From the NCBI GenBank assembly GCA_965369655.1, contig CBDUQR010000054.1, positions 1-16,789 on the forward strand: a stretch of DNA of 16,789 bases. The letters are read 5' to 3'. Position numbers and translations under genes: made by a program. The stretch is from an uncultured bacterium. Lineage in GTDB: Bacteria; Zixibacteria; MSB-5A5; JAABVY01; JAHJOQ01. Shown piece after piece: positions 1-8,371 of this stretch (position 1 is its first letter; every line of letters begins with the position of its first letter). Below the pieces are notes generated by a model that made no database searches, was not told the origin of the DNA, and was given only the letters and a program-made list of their open reading frames with translations.

Positions 1-12
1 TCATGTATGGAG

Positions 13-42
13 AGAATATAGATATGTCGCCGACTATGTCAA
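13..42 (-). promoter_or_regulatory. Putative sigma-70 promoter for a gene starting at ATG 4..2 and running off the left edge
   Basis: Minus strand reads TTGACA (42-37), then 16 nt to TATATT or 18 nt to TATTCT, then ATG at 4-2 with no SD. The gene itself is outside the window. Confidence 0.45.
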
Positions 43-235
43 GTTAGTACTAGTGTTGAAGCGATCTTTACCAGTTGTGGCAAAGTCATCAATCGAGGTC
101 CAGGACTCGAAGTGTCTGTCGTCTCCACAAGCGGGAAGATCAATGAGTCCATGTATAAGCTGATCATATGGAAGAGAATATATTTCTATGCAACAGTTCT
201 ACACGATCTAAATGCGTACTGACAGAGGTATCGAA

Positions 236-886
236 ATGATCTTCATACTACGGAAATTGCCCTATTTAATAATGGCTTGTTTGATATACGTTGCTGGCTC
301 ACACGCGAGCGAACAGCGAGATCAGTCATTCAAGTATCGACCCAGAAATGGCGACATCGTTTTTCAAACCTCGAAATCCCAACTTGGACCAGCGATTGAA
401 ATTGCGACCGGATCGAAGATTACGCACTGCGGTGTGACGCTTCGCGTAAATGACACGATGTTCGTGTACGAGGCGGTCGGGCCGGTCCGCAGAGTGCCGT
501 TGAGCGAATGGATACATTTCGGCGTCGGCGAGAAATTCACAGTCAAGCGTCTGCACAACGCAACTGATGTCATGACGCCGCAAGTGATCGAGAAGATGCT
601 CAAGGCATATCGCAAGCTCGAGGGCAGGGACTACGACGTCAATTTCGAGTGGTCCGATGAGAGATTGTACTGTAGTGAGCTGGTCTACAAGATGTTCAAG
701 CGGGGTGCAGGTGTTGAGCTCGGCAGATTCGATCTGTTCGGTGATTTCAATCTGGACGATGAACTTGTCCAGTTCTGGATCAAACAGTATTTCCCCAAGG
801 GTCCGAATCTGAAGGAAAAAGTAATATCGCCCGTGTCGATACTGAGCGATACAACTCTGGTGACCGTTTTTTCAAATTACCAATAA
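236..886 (+). CDS. yiiX: YiiX/YebB-like permuted papain-like (NlpC/P60, peptidase C92) amidase with N-terminal signal peptide
   Basis: Motifs GDIVFQ, ITHCGV (His), VYEAVGPV, YDVNFEWSDERLYCSELV (Cys) in permuted His-before-Cys order. Start moved from 212 to ATG 236, which has a GAGGT SD upstream and a hydrophobic N-terminus. Confidence 0.85.
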   Translation: MIFILRKLPYLIMACLIYVAGSHASEQRDQSFKYRPRNGDIVFQTSKSQLGPAIEIATGSKITHCGVTLRVNDTMFVYEAVGPVRRVPLSEWIHFGVGEKFTVKRLHNATDVMTPQVIEKMLKAYRKLEGRDYDVNFEWSDERLYCSELVYKMFKRGAGVELGRFDLFGDFNLDDELVQFWIKQYFPKGPNLKEKVISPVSILSDTTLVTVFSNYQ

Positions 887-918
887 GGCATAGTGGCATG
901 CCGCCAGCTCGAATCGAG

Positions 919-3903
919 CTATTTCATCAGTGCCATTTTCCTGACTTCGCTGCGCGATTCTGTCTGAAGGCGGTAGAAATAGATACCGGACGCGAGTCCT
1001 GATGCAGTCCAGCGCACCTTGTGCATACCCAGATCAAGATGCTTGTCGAGGAGAGTCTCGACCTTCTGTCCGAGAAGGTTGTAGATCGTCAGTTGCACAT
1101 GCTCTGATCGATCCAAGTAAAATTCGATGATAGTGGCGGGATTAAATGGGTTAGGATGGTTCTGATAAAGGGTGAAACGATTCGGGAGTTGGTCGTCAGC
1201 ATCATCCAGGTCGACATCGGTCGATATGCCTTCATACTTTGCTTTGGCCTGCGCGACAGAGGCTATCAGATCGTCCAGCGAGTCGGAGCCGATCACCGCG
1301 AACGCAACCTCGACCGTGTCGTCCGGAGCGAGCGTGAACGGACCGGTGGCGATCAGGTTCGAGTGGTCCGGATTGATGAGATACGATGAACTCGGATTGA
1401 TTCCGCCCGTCATGAAGCCCCATTTCTCAGCGTCGGTTCCGCCGTCACCGTCATACAGATAGTCGTAATTTTTCAACGCTCTGAACGATGTTGCGCCCAA
1501 CGTGTTGAGCACCGCGACGCCCCGGTAGTCGGGATTCTCGACAGAATCTGCGCTGAACATGTAGCCGATGTCCGCGTCCGAAATAAATCCAACCCGGTCA
1601 TCGTCCCCGGCTGTGTATGGATTGCCCCATGGCCAGTCCCAGTCGGAGAGAATACCGACATGAAGGTTTTCGATAGTCTGCGCGGTTGTGTTAGTGATTC
1701 GCAAAATCAGCAGGATGTAGTCGTCGTTTGTATCATCCACGTAAACAAGTGAATGTTGGTGGATCATTATGCCGATCGGGTTCTCCGCTTTGGAGTCATC
1801 GAACAGGCAGAAGCTCTCCTGGTCAGCGTATGTACCGTCTTCGATAAAGACGACATTGCCACCTGTAGCGACCTCAAAGTCGTTGTCGGAAACTCTGATC
1901 CTGTTTCGCGCCGCATCGGAGACATGTGTAGCATCGGATGCTACCAGCAGCGCCATCTCGTATAGATTGTTGCTGCCGGACCCGTTATACGGCCAGACAA
2001 AACCGGGCAGTCCGAGCTCGACAATACTGCTGTCGGCGAAACCGTACTGACCATAGTTGGAAAGCCCGAACATCACATTTCCGACGTCATGGGTGTACGT
2101 TGATCGTACGCTCGGCGGGTTCTCGCGGACCACGAATACGAGAGGAATACTATCGCTGTAATCGCCCAAATCGGAGACTGCGAGAGTAAACGTCAGTTCC
2201 TCCGCCTGCACGGCGGATTCGCTGACTACGATCCGGTACGGAGATGCGCTGTTGTCGGCGGAGCTGTCTTGCTGAATATTCCCGAACACCCAGAACGAAT
2301 CGAGCAGAGTGACATGTTCGTCATCCGACCGTAGAGTTGCCTCGACGTCCGCCAGACCGAGACCGGAATTGCTAAGTGTAATCTCGACATCAAGAGTGTC
2401 GCCCGGGTCGGGAGATGGCTCGGTGATCTCTGCTATGAAAATGTTGGGTGCATCGTTGGAATCCAAAGCCTCCAGCGCAGCTGGAATATAGATCATGCCG
2501 TGGCCCGATTTCATGTCGGGACCCGGATCATCGACGTCGATCGCAGTCTCCATGAGCGCTTTCTTGATCGAGTCTACAGGTGCATTCGGGTTGTACTCTC
2601 TCAGCAACGCGACCGCCCCTGCGACATGAGGGCAGGCCATCGAGGTTCCGGTGCTCCAGCCGTACGATCCATTTACCACCGGAATTGTCGACCTGATGCT
2701 GACACCCGGAGCGACAACCTGAGGTTTGAGCGAGACCTCATCGCAGTCTGACGGTCCCTGGGAGGACCGGGAATGCACCGGAAAGTCCGGGATGGTAGGG
2801 TAAACCATCCCAACCGCGAAAGAATTGTATTCAGATGATGCGCGGTTTGCTGGATTGCGTATCGTCATAGAGCCTTCGTTGCCTTCGTTTCCGCATGCGA
2901 AAATCACCACAACTCCGAGCGCCTCGAGATTGTCGATAGCATTCCAGAAGACATCTTCGCAGCCGAGCACACTTTGCTGATATCCCCACGAGTTGGCCAC
3001 CGCGTCGGGGACATCGGCGATTGTATTTGGATTGCCGTCAGGATCGGCAGCCCACTCGAAGGCGTCGAGTATGTTTCCGTTCGGTACGTCGACGACCGCT
3101 GCTGCGATCCACTGCGCATCGGGAGCCACCCCTACGGTATCGCCGGTAGCATCGTCATGCCCTACCATGGTGCCGAGCGTGTGAGTGCCGTGCTGCGGGT
3201 TTGACGAAGATGCGATCACATGTGGAACCGAATCGCCGTCGGCCGGATCAAACCAGCTTTCCTGCCAGGAATAGCCGTTGATGCCTCTCCATGAACCCGA
3301 AAGGGCCGGGTGCGCGCCGTCGACGCCTGTGTCGAAACTGCAAAGCAGTCTGCCCGCGCCGGTGTATCCAAGCACCCACATCGAATCGGCTCCGATCACC
3401 CTCAGAGACGACTCGACCGTATCGGATGGAGATGCGCCGCCTGTCGAGAATTCGACCGGCTCGATCAGTCGCGCGGCGCCGATCTGATGAATCGCCTCGA
3501 CATCGCCTCGCCGTGAAATCTCTCGAAGGATATTTCCTGATGCCTCTACGCTTACGATATTGTCGATCCAGTGGCTCTTGTAGCGCCTGACCTCGCCGGA
3601 CGTCACATTCGCTTCGAGGAATTCGAGCAGCTCTTTCTGCGTCTCGCTCGCCTTGTGTTTCAGATGCCGAATTCCGATAGCGTGACGAGCCTGTCTCGTG
3701 TAGCTGTCGAGTTGTAGAGATGCGGCAAGCCCTGTAGCCCTGGATTGATCTTTCATCGCGATGAAGGCGAAATGGAGTTGGCCTGGATCAGCGTCGATTT
3801 TGCTTAACAGATTCGCATCTATCTGCGCCGAGTTGATAGTCTGGCATATCAGAAGCGAGGCGAGCAGTATTGTGATCGTGTTGATAATTCTTCTCGACAG
3901 CAT
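919..3903 (-). CDS. Secreted S8 (subtilisin-like, bacillopeptidase F-like) serine peptidase with propeptide, Ig-like/beta domains and C-terminal T9SS type-A (FlgD-Ig-like) sorting domain
   Basis: Catalytic triad motifs FDTGVD, HGTHTLGT and GTSMACPHVAG; oxyanion GNEG; signal peptide MLSRRIINTITILLASLLIC; C-terminus NHPNPFNPATIIEF...IYNLLGQKV...LASGIYFYRL...RKMALMK. Start at 3903 has GGGAG upstream (ORF is open to 3963). Confidence 0.92.
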   Translation of the reverse strand: MLSRRIINTITILLASLLICQTINSAQIDANLLSKIDADPGQLHFAFIAMKDQSRATGLAASLQLDSYTRQARHAIGIRHLKHKASETQKELLEFLEANVTSGEVRRYKSHWIDNIVSVEASGNILREISRRGDVEAIHQIGAARLIEPVEFSTGGASPSDTVESSLRVIGADSMWVLGYTGAGRLLCSFDTGVDGAHPALSGSWRGINGYSWQESWFDPADGDSVPHVIASSSNPQHGTHTLGTMVGHDDATGDTVGVAPDAQWIAAAVVDVPNGNILDAFEWAADPDGNPNTIADVPDAVANSWGYQQSVLGCEDVFWNAIDNLEALGVVVIFACGNEGNEGSMTIRNPANRASSEYNSFAVGMVYPTIPDFPVHSRSSQGPSDCDEVSLKPQVVAPGVSIRSTIPVVNGSYGWSTGTSMACPHVAGAVALLREYNPNAPVDSIKKALMETAIDVDDPGPDMKSGHGMIYIPAALEALDSNDAPNIFIAEITEPSPDPGDTLDVEITLSNSGLGLADVEATLRSDDEHVTLLDSFWVFGNIQQDSSADNSASPYRIVVSESAVQAEELTFTLAVSDLGDYSDSIPLVFVVRENPPSVRSTYTHDVGNVMFGLSNYGQYGFADSSIVELGLPGFVWPYNGSGSNNLYEMALLVASDATHVSDAARNRIRVSDNDFEVATGGNVVFIEDGTYADQESFCLFDDSKAENPIGIMIHQHSLVYVDDTNDDYILLILRITNTTAQTIENLHVGILSDWDWPWGNPYTAGDDDRVGFISDADIGYMFSADSVENPDYRGVAVLNTLGATSFRALKNYDYLYDGDGGTDAEKWGFMTGGINPSSSYLINPDHSNLIATGPFTLAPDDTVEVAFAVIGSDSLDDLIASVAQAKAKYEGISTDVDLDDADDQLPNRFTLYQNHPNPFNPATIIEFYLDRSEHVQLTIYNLLGQKVETLLDKHLDLGMHKVRWTASGLASGIYFYRLQTESRSEVRKMALMK

Positions 3904-4073
3904 GTTAACATATCTCCCTGCACCCGAGCGTACGGAACGCATGTATACCTGCCCGGTACACATCCTATTTCCAATTACGCATATCTACAGCTAAGTTAGG
4001 TGGAAGTCGATTTGAATCAAGCGCTTTCTGAGAATCAAATCAATTTATGATTGCAGGTCAACCGGCCTGCCCC

Positions 4074-4416
4074 GTCCTGAGCTTCGCGAAGGGCCCGCTT
4101 AACCTGCATCGTTCCCGGCAGATCCTTCGAAGCTCAGGACTCGTGTCCAGAGGTTGTCCCATAAGTGCTAATGTACTTGAGTGGGAAGCTGACTCTGTCG
4201 CTCCCGCGGAGGCCCTTCGCTTTGCTCAGGATATCACGGGAGCCTATTTAACGATAACCCATTCAATAGATTCCCGCCTTCGCGGGAATGACCTCGCTTT
4301 CTTTCGCAAGCATGACCACCAACCTATCAGACCTTTTGGGACAGCCTCAGGACGTCTGCCGCCCACAATACATTCGAGAAACTGAGATCGCAGCGTCGCT
4401 CCTCGTGATGACAACA
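4074..4416. repeat. Composite REP-like palindromic repeat cluster (copy 1)
   Basis: Inverted pair GTCCTGAGCTTCGCGAAGG (4074-4092) / CCTTCGAAGCTCAGGAC (4124-4140); GATTCCCGCCTTCGCGGGAATGAC (4269-4292); GTCGCTCCTCGTGATGAC (4395-4412). Several blocks recur inverted at 11490-11617. Confidence 0.8.
4151..4347. mobile_element. Putative 197-bp non-autonomous MITE with 15-bp terminal inverted repeats and 3-bp CAG target duplication
   Basis: Left end AGGTTGTCCCATAAG (4151-4165) and right end CTTTTGGGACAGCCT (4333-4347) match 13/15 as inverted repeats. CAG flanks both sides (4148-4150, 4348-4350). The homologous repeat at about 11543-11583 lacks the insert. Confidence 0.65.
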
Positions 4417-4455
4417 TCACGGAGCCTTGCCCGACACGGAATTGTTCAACTTGCC

Positions 4456-5733
4456 CTAAAGCCTGTAGTCCAGACCGATGCTGATCAGCGAAAGACTGTT
4501 GTCGTTTTCGTCGAGGTCATGCGTTTCCCAGTCTGTCGATATCAGAACACTAAACCTTATCCCGTCGTATATCCGGATGTCTCCGAGGAGATTGAGTTGA
4601 TTGAGCATGTAGTCGGTGTAAAACATGTTTGATTCATTCGTGTAGTTGCGGCTGCCGATCCTGTGGGATGCGCTGAGCCAAAGTCCGGTGCCGACAGACA
4701 AATCAAAACCATACTCCACATCCGACTGGAGGTAGTCCTGCTGCTCGAAGTCTGATCGCCGTGACCAGAAGACAGCTAAGGACGGTTTCACGAAAACCTG
4801 GAGTCCGTCAGATATCGATCTGGTCACCGTGAACTCCGTGATGTTGTAGATATAGTCGAAGTTCACGACATCCTGAGTGTCATAGGCGACATACTCGAAC
4901 TGATTTCTCAAAGACGCACGCCAGCTTTCCGAAAAGATCGCGTACAGCTCGATTTCCAGATAGTCCTCCCAGGAATCGTCCAGATCGCCTTCCTTTTCGG
5001 CGAGGATTCGACTAAGCTCGTTGTCTAAACGTATCGTGGTAGAGAATGTCGGCGACCAGTCGAGTTGCATACGAAACCTGTGTTTGGTCAGATCGAGCCG
5101 AGTGGAGTCCCGTACGCTTCTGATATCGTTGCGGTATGTCACCGAGAACATGTCCGTCCACCCGAACTGCCGCTCGAATCCGACCGAGAATTTATTGTAG
5201 TTGTAATCGAAGATAAACTCGCCGGAACCGTCATATCTGACTATTTCGAAAGCGTCACGCGCCACGAAGAACAACCCATCGCTCAATTCAGGTTTGAAAC
5301 GAAATACTGCGACATTGGAGACATAGCCATTCCTGCTGGATGAATTGGCGTCGAGTACAGCCCTGGCGTCGAGTTTGTTACGGATTTCCAGTGAGCGATA
5401 CTTGCAGGTCGCTTCAAGACTGTTGCGCAGGTCATCTCCCGAACCGGTGAACGAATTGCCGATCCGAAGCGAATTCCCGGCGTCAGATGATTTGCTCCAC
5501 TCGATTGCCGCCCTGAGACGGTAGGCATTCAGTTCGTCGGAGTCCTGCTTCAGTGTGAGTATGGAGTCCTCGTCGAGCGTAAGCGTATCGATCAGGGAGA
5601 GGTAGTAGCCCTGAGTCATCTTGTCATAGCCTAACCCGACGGTGATATCGAGATTATCGTCTGCGAATGAGTCGTGCGCAGAAATGAGGAACAAACAGGT
5701 CGCGATCAGAATGAATAACCTGGCGGATTGCAT
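4456..5733 (-). CDS. Putative outer-membrane beta-barrel protein (hypothetical)
   Basis: Signal peptide ending ...HDSFA; many amphipathic aromatic-rich strands (FSVGFERQF, FRMQLDWS, VEYGFDLSV); C-terminal strand LISIGLDYRL resembles a beta-signal; AGGGG SD; 63 bp downstream of the 350-aa gene on the same strand. Confidence 0.72.
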   Translation of the reverse strand: MQSARLFILIATCLFLISAHDSFADDNLDITVGLGYDKMTQGYYLSLIDTLTLDEDSILTLKQDSDELNAYRLRAAIEWSKSSDAGNSLRIGNSFTGSGDDLRNSLEATCKYRSLEIRNKLDARAVLDANSSSRNGYVSNVAVFRFKPELSDGLFFVARDAFEIVRYDGSGEFIFDYNYNKFSVGFERQFGWTDMFSVTYRNDIRSVRDSTRLDLTKHRFRMQLDWSPTFSTTIRLDNELSRILAEKEGDLDDSWEDYLEIELYAIFSESWRASLRNQFEYVAYDTQDVVNFDYIYNITEFTVTRSISDGLQVFVKPSLAVFWSRRSDFEQQDYLQSDVEYGFDLSVGTGLWLSASHRIGSRNYTNESNMFYTDYMLNQLNLLGDIRIYDGIRFSVLISTDWETHDLDENDNSLSLISIGLDYRL

Positions 5734-5796
5734 TTGCCCCTACACCGATCCGTCATTATTCATACATATATTTCCCTGTCGAGCAACTCAGAGAGC

Positions 5797-6849
5797 CTAT
5801 CTGCCAGTCATCGACTCTGCTTTCAATATGAGGTCTCGGGCGGCTTTTGCCTCAACCATAGATGTTTGCAGGTTGTTCGACCGAAATGCCAGGGTAGCAT
5901 TTTCCTGATGGGCAATCGCAGTTTCAAGAATATCCGAAGCCCTGGAGTCAGGAGTGTCCGATAGAACATCCCGCAGCCTGTCGATAAGTCTCTGGTTCTG
6001 CTTCAGCAGCGTTTCGATACGATCAGGCTGGCTACTTCGCTCCATGATACCGAGGGCTCGCTTTGTGACGTCGCGAGCATTCATCGTTTGTTTGAGTGAT
6101 ACCCTGAACTTGCCTGTTGCCAGACTCTCCCAGGCTCTCAACTGAATATCCTCAGCATTCGTCAGGAGCTGTGAGACATTGCCGTTGGCGCCAAGTCGTA
6201 TGCTCTGCTCGCGCGCTTTGGAGATCAGATCATCGGTCTTGTCGAGCTCGCGGCGAGCACGGCCTTCATTGTCGATATTCGAGTTCGCCGCCGCAATGGC
6301 GCGTCTCGCGATGTCTCTGGCTTTCAGCGTCGCCTTGAACGCGATCCTGAGCCTGTTGCCCCTGAAGAATTCCATGGCTTCGGCCTGAGTCTTCCGTGAG
6401 GTCTCGTACAGAGAGGCCGCCTTGAGACTTCCTGACTCCGTGATGGCCTCGTCGGCTCGGGCAAGTATCTCATTCGTTCGTTCGAGCGCTCGCCGAACGA
6501 TAGCGTCATTTCTCTCAGATGATTTCAGGATCGCGACTGACCTGTTGACCTGGTCTCGCGCATACATAGTCAGTTTGTATGATTTGCGGAACATTCCCCG
6601 CCTGAAAGAGTCCTTTGCCTCGACCTGCAACCTGACCGCCTGGTCAAGGTGCTGATTCGCCATGATCGATCCCGCCTTTCGGGTGGCGTCGGCAGCTCTT
6701 TCGATCAACTGATCGGTCTTTTCGAGTTCGCGAATGAGATCCGATGCAAACTGCGCGGAAGCTGTCGAGAAGAACAGCACGGCGAGGAAGATTGCGGCGA
6801 TCAGCACTCCGATCTTTCTTTTGTGTAACGCTTCAGACTCAAACATCAT
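5797..6849 (-). CDS. Exported all-alpha protein with four tandem ~79-aa helical repeats (hypothetical)
   Basis: Signal peptide with ASA cleavage motif at residues 30-32; four aligned repeats; GGAG SD (true start may be the second ATG at 6846); directly downstream of a consensus sigma-54 promoter. Confidence 0.8.
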   Translation of the reverse strand: MMFESEALHKRKIGVLIAAIFLAVLFFSTASAQFASDLIRELEKTDQLIERAADATRKAGSIMANQHLDQAVRLQVEAKDSFRRGMFRKSYKLTMYARDQVNRSVAILKSSERNDAIVRRALERTNEILARADEAITESGSLKAASLYETSRKTQAEAMEFFRGNRLRIAFKATLKARDIARRAIAAANSNIDNEGRARRELDKTDDLISKAREQSIRLGANGNVSQLLTNAEDIQLRAWESLATGKFRVSLKQTMNARDVTKRALGIMERSSQPDRIETLLKQNQRLIDRLRDVLSDTPDSRASDILETAIAHQENATLAFRSNNLQTSMVEAKAARDLILKAESMTGR

Positions 6850-6885
6850 ATTCTCCGCTTGTTCTCATATCCGACCGATCAAGCT

Positions 6886-6901
6886 TGCAACAGGCGTGCC
6901 A
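6886..6901 (-). promoter_or_regulatory. Sigma-54 (-24/-12) promoter for the helical-repeat + beta-barrel operon
   Basis: Minus strand TGGCACG-CCTG-TTGCA is a perfect match to TGGCACG-N4-TTGCW and ends 36 bp upstream of the start codon. Confidence 0.9.
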
Positions 6902-7026
6902 GTTGGGAAAGGCATCGCGAATTTGAGTGGCGCATTGCATGACAACAGGTTGCGCAGATGCGTGGGTATCTCCCGGACTTCAGGTCGATCCGAGCCACCA
7001 TTCGTTGAACCATTGTGCACGCAATA

Positions 7027-7044
7027 TGTACGTACAGGTACACT
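7027..7044. promoter_or_regulatory. Putative enhancer (UAS) for the sigma-54 activator, TGTAC-N6-GTACA
   Basis: TGTACGTACAGGTACACT, 16/18 identical to 9725-9742; palindrome centre is about 134 bp from the -24 element at 6901. Confidence 0.7.
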
Positions 7045-8368
7045 ATTCAATTCCGTATTTCTCCAGCCGCGAGTAGAGCATCCTGCGAGTTATATTGAGC
7101 ATCTTCGCCGCTTTTGTCTTGTTGCCGTATGATTTCTTAAGCGCCTCAACAACAGCCTGCTTTTCGAGATCATCCAGGTTCAAGCTTTCGGTTCGTCTGA
7201 CATGGGGCTGCGCAGTCGGCTTGAACCGCAGCATCAGATGAGACGGCGTCAGTTCAGAGTCGGCTGCGAGTATGAGCGCTCGTTCGAGAATGTTCTTCAG
7301 TTCGCGCACATTGCCGGGCCAGTGGTACTCCATCAGCATCGAGATGATTTCGTCGGACAAACGCCCGCGACTGTAGCCGAGTTTCCGGCAGAAGTATTCT
7401 GCGAGTTCAGAAATGTCCTCTTTCCTCTCTGCGAGCGTCGGCATCAGTATTGGAAACACGTTCAATCTATAGTACAAATCCTCTCGAAAACTTCCGGCGT
7501 GCATGTCTTCTTCGAGGTCTCGGTTTGTCGCCGCGATGACTCTCGTGTCGATCTTGATCTCTTCGGTGCCGCCTACGCGAGTGATTTTCCATTGTTCGAT
7601 TGCGCGCAGCAGCTTCACCTGCACTGAAAGCTTGATTTCGCCGACTTCATCGAGAAACAGCGTGCCCTTGTCAGCCAGCTCGAATCTCCCGAGCTTCCGT
7701 TTCTGGGCGCCGGTGAACGCGCCCTTTTCGTGGCCGAACAGTTCGGATTCAAGCAATGTCTCGGTCAGCGCCGAGCAGTTGACAGCGATGAATGGGCCGT
7801 CGGATCGGTTCGACTTTTTGTGAATCAGGTTGGCGATCAACTCCTTGCCAGTGCCGGATTTGCCTAAGATCAGGACATTCGCATCGGTCCCTGCCACCTT
7901 CTCGACCATAGTGAGAAGTTCTCGCACCGATGGGCTGTCGCCGATGAACCGGTCGTATGACAGCGATTCGAGATCGCTTTCGAGCAGTTCCTGACGCGCT
8001 GCCTGTTTCTTTGATTTGAGTATCCGGTCTACAAGCAGGATCAACTCGTCGAGCGAAAAAGGCTTGATCAGGTAGTCGTATGCACCAGCTTTCATCGCCT
8101 GTACCGCCGACTCCGCGGATGCGAACGCTGTCATCATGATAACCTCGCAGTCGGGCGATGATTTCTTCGCCTCACGAAGGACATCGAGGCCGTCGGGCGG
8201 GTCCATCTTCAGGTCCGTGACGATGATATCGAACGGCATCCTTTCGATATTCGCCAACGCTTCTGTACCGGAATCGCATATCGTCAGGCTGTGACCCGCG
8301 TCCTCGAGTGCCCCTCCGACCAGGAATCCCATCTTTTGTTCGTCGTCGACTACAAGAATACGCGCCAT
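7043..8368 (-). CDS. Sigma-54-dependent two-component response regulator (NtrC/AtoC/ZraR family: REC-AAA+-Fis HTH)
   Basis: REC domain ILVVDDE...TDLKM...MMTAF...KPF; Walker A GKSGTGKE; ESELFGHEKGAFTGA; Walker B LFLDE; FREDLYYRLNV; WPGNVREL; C-terminal HTH GNKTKAAKMLNITRRMLYSRL. Confidence 0.96.
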   Translation of the reverse strand: MARILVVDDEQKMGFLVGGALEDAGHSLTICDSGTEALANIERMPFDIIVTDLKMDPPDGLDVLREAKKSSPDCEVIMMTAFASAESAVQAMKAGAYDYLIKPFSLDELILLVDRILKSKKQAARQELLESDLESLSYDRFIGDSPSVRELLTMVEKVAGTDANVLILGKSGTGKELIANLIHKKSNRSDGPFIAVNCSALTETLLESELFGHEKGAFTGAQKRKLGRFELADKGTLFLDEVGEIKLSVQVKLLRAIEQWKITRVGGTEEIKIDTRVIAATNRDLEEDMHAGSFREDLYYRLNVFPILMPTLAERKEDISELAEYFCRKLGYSRGRLSDEIISMLMEYHWPGNVRELKNILERALILAADSELTPSHLMLRFKPTAQPHVRRTESLNLDDLEKQAVVEALKKSYGNKTKAAKMLNITRRMLYSRLEKYGIE

Positions 8369-8371
8369 ATT

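Noticed and set aside
6-182. Imperfect direct repeat TATGGA(A)GAGAATATA at 6-20 and 167-182
   Set aside because: It is short, AT-rich and present in only two copies, so it cannot be distinguished from chance or tied to a function.
3929-3961. GTAC-containing motifs upstream of the S8 protease as a third activator site
   Set aside because: Spacing does not fit TGTAC-N6-GTACA and I see no -24/-12 promoter, so the protease is not assigned to the regulon.
4074-4416. Possible CRISPR array or structured ncRNA
   Set aside because: The repeats are inverted, heterogeneous and irregularly spaced, with no constant repeat-spacer period and no cas genes.
4047-4632. Plus-strand ORFs 4047-4385 and 4288-4632
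   Set aside because: They are translations of REP/MITE palindromes (e.g. DSRLRGND) or antisense to the barrel gene, with no SD or protein-like motifs.
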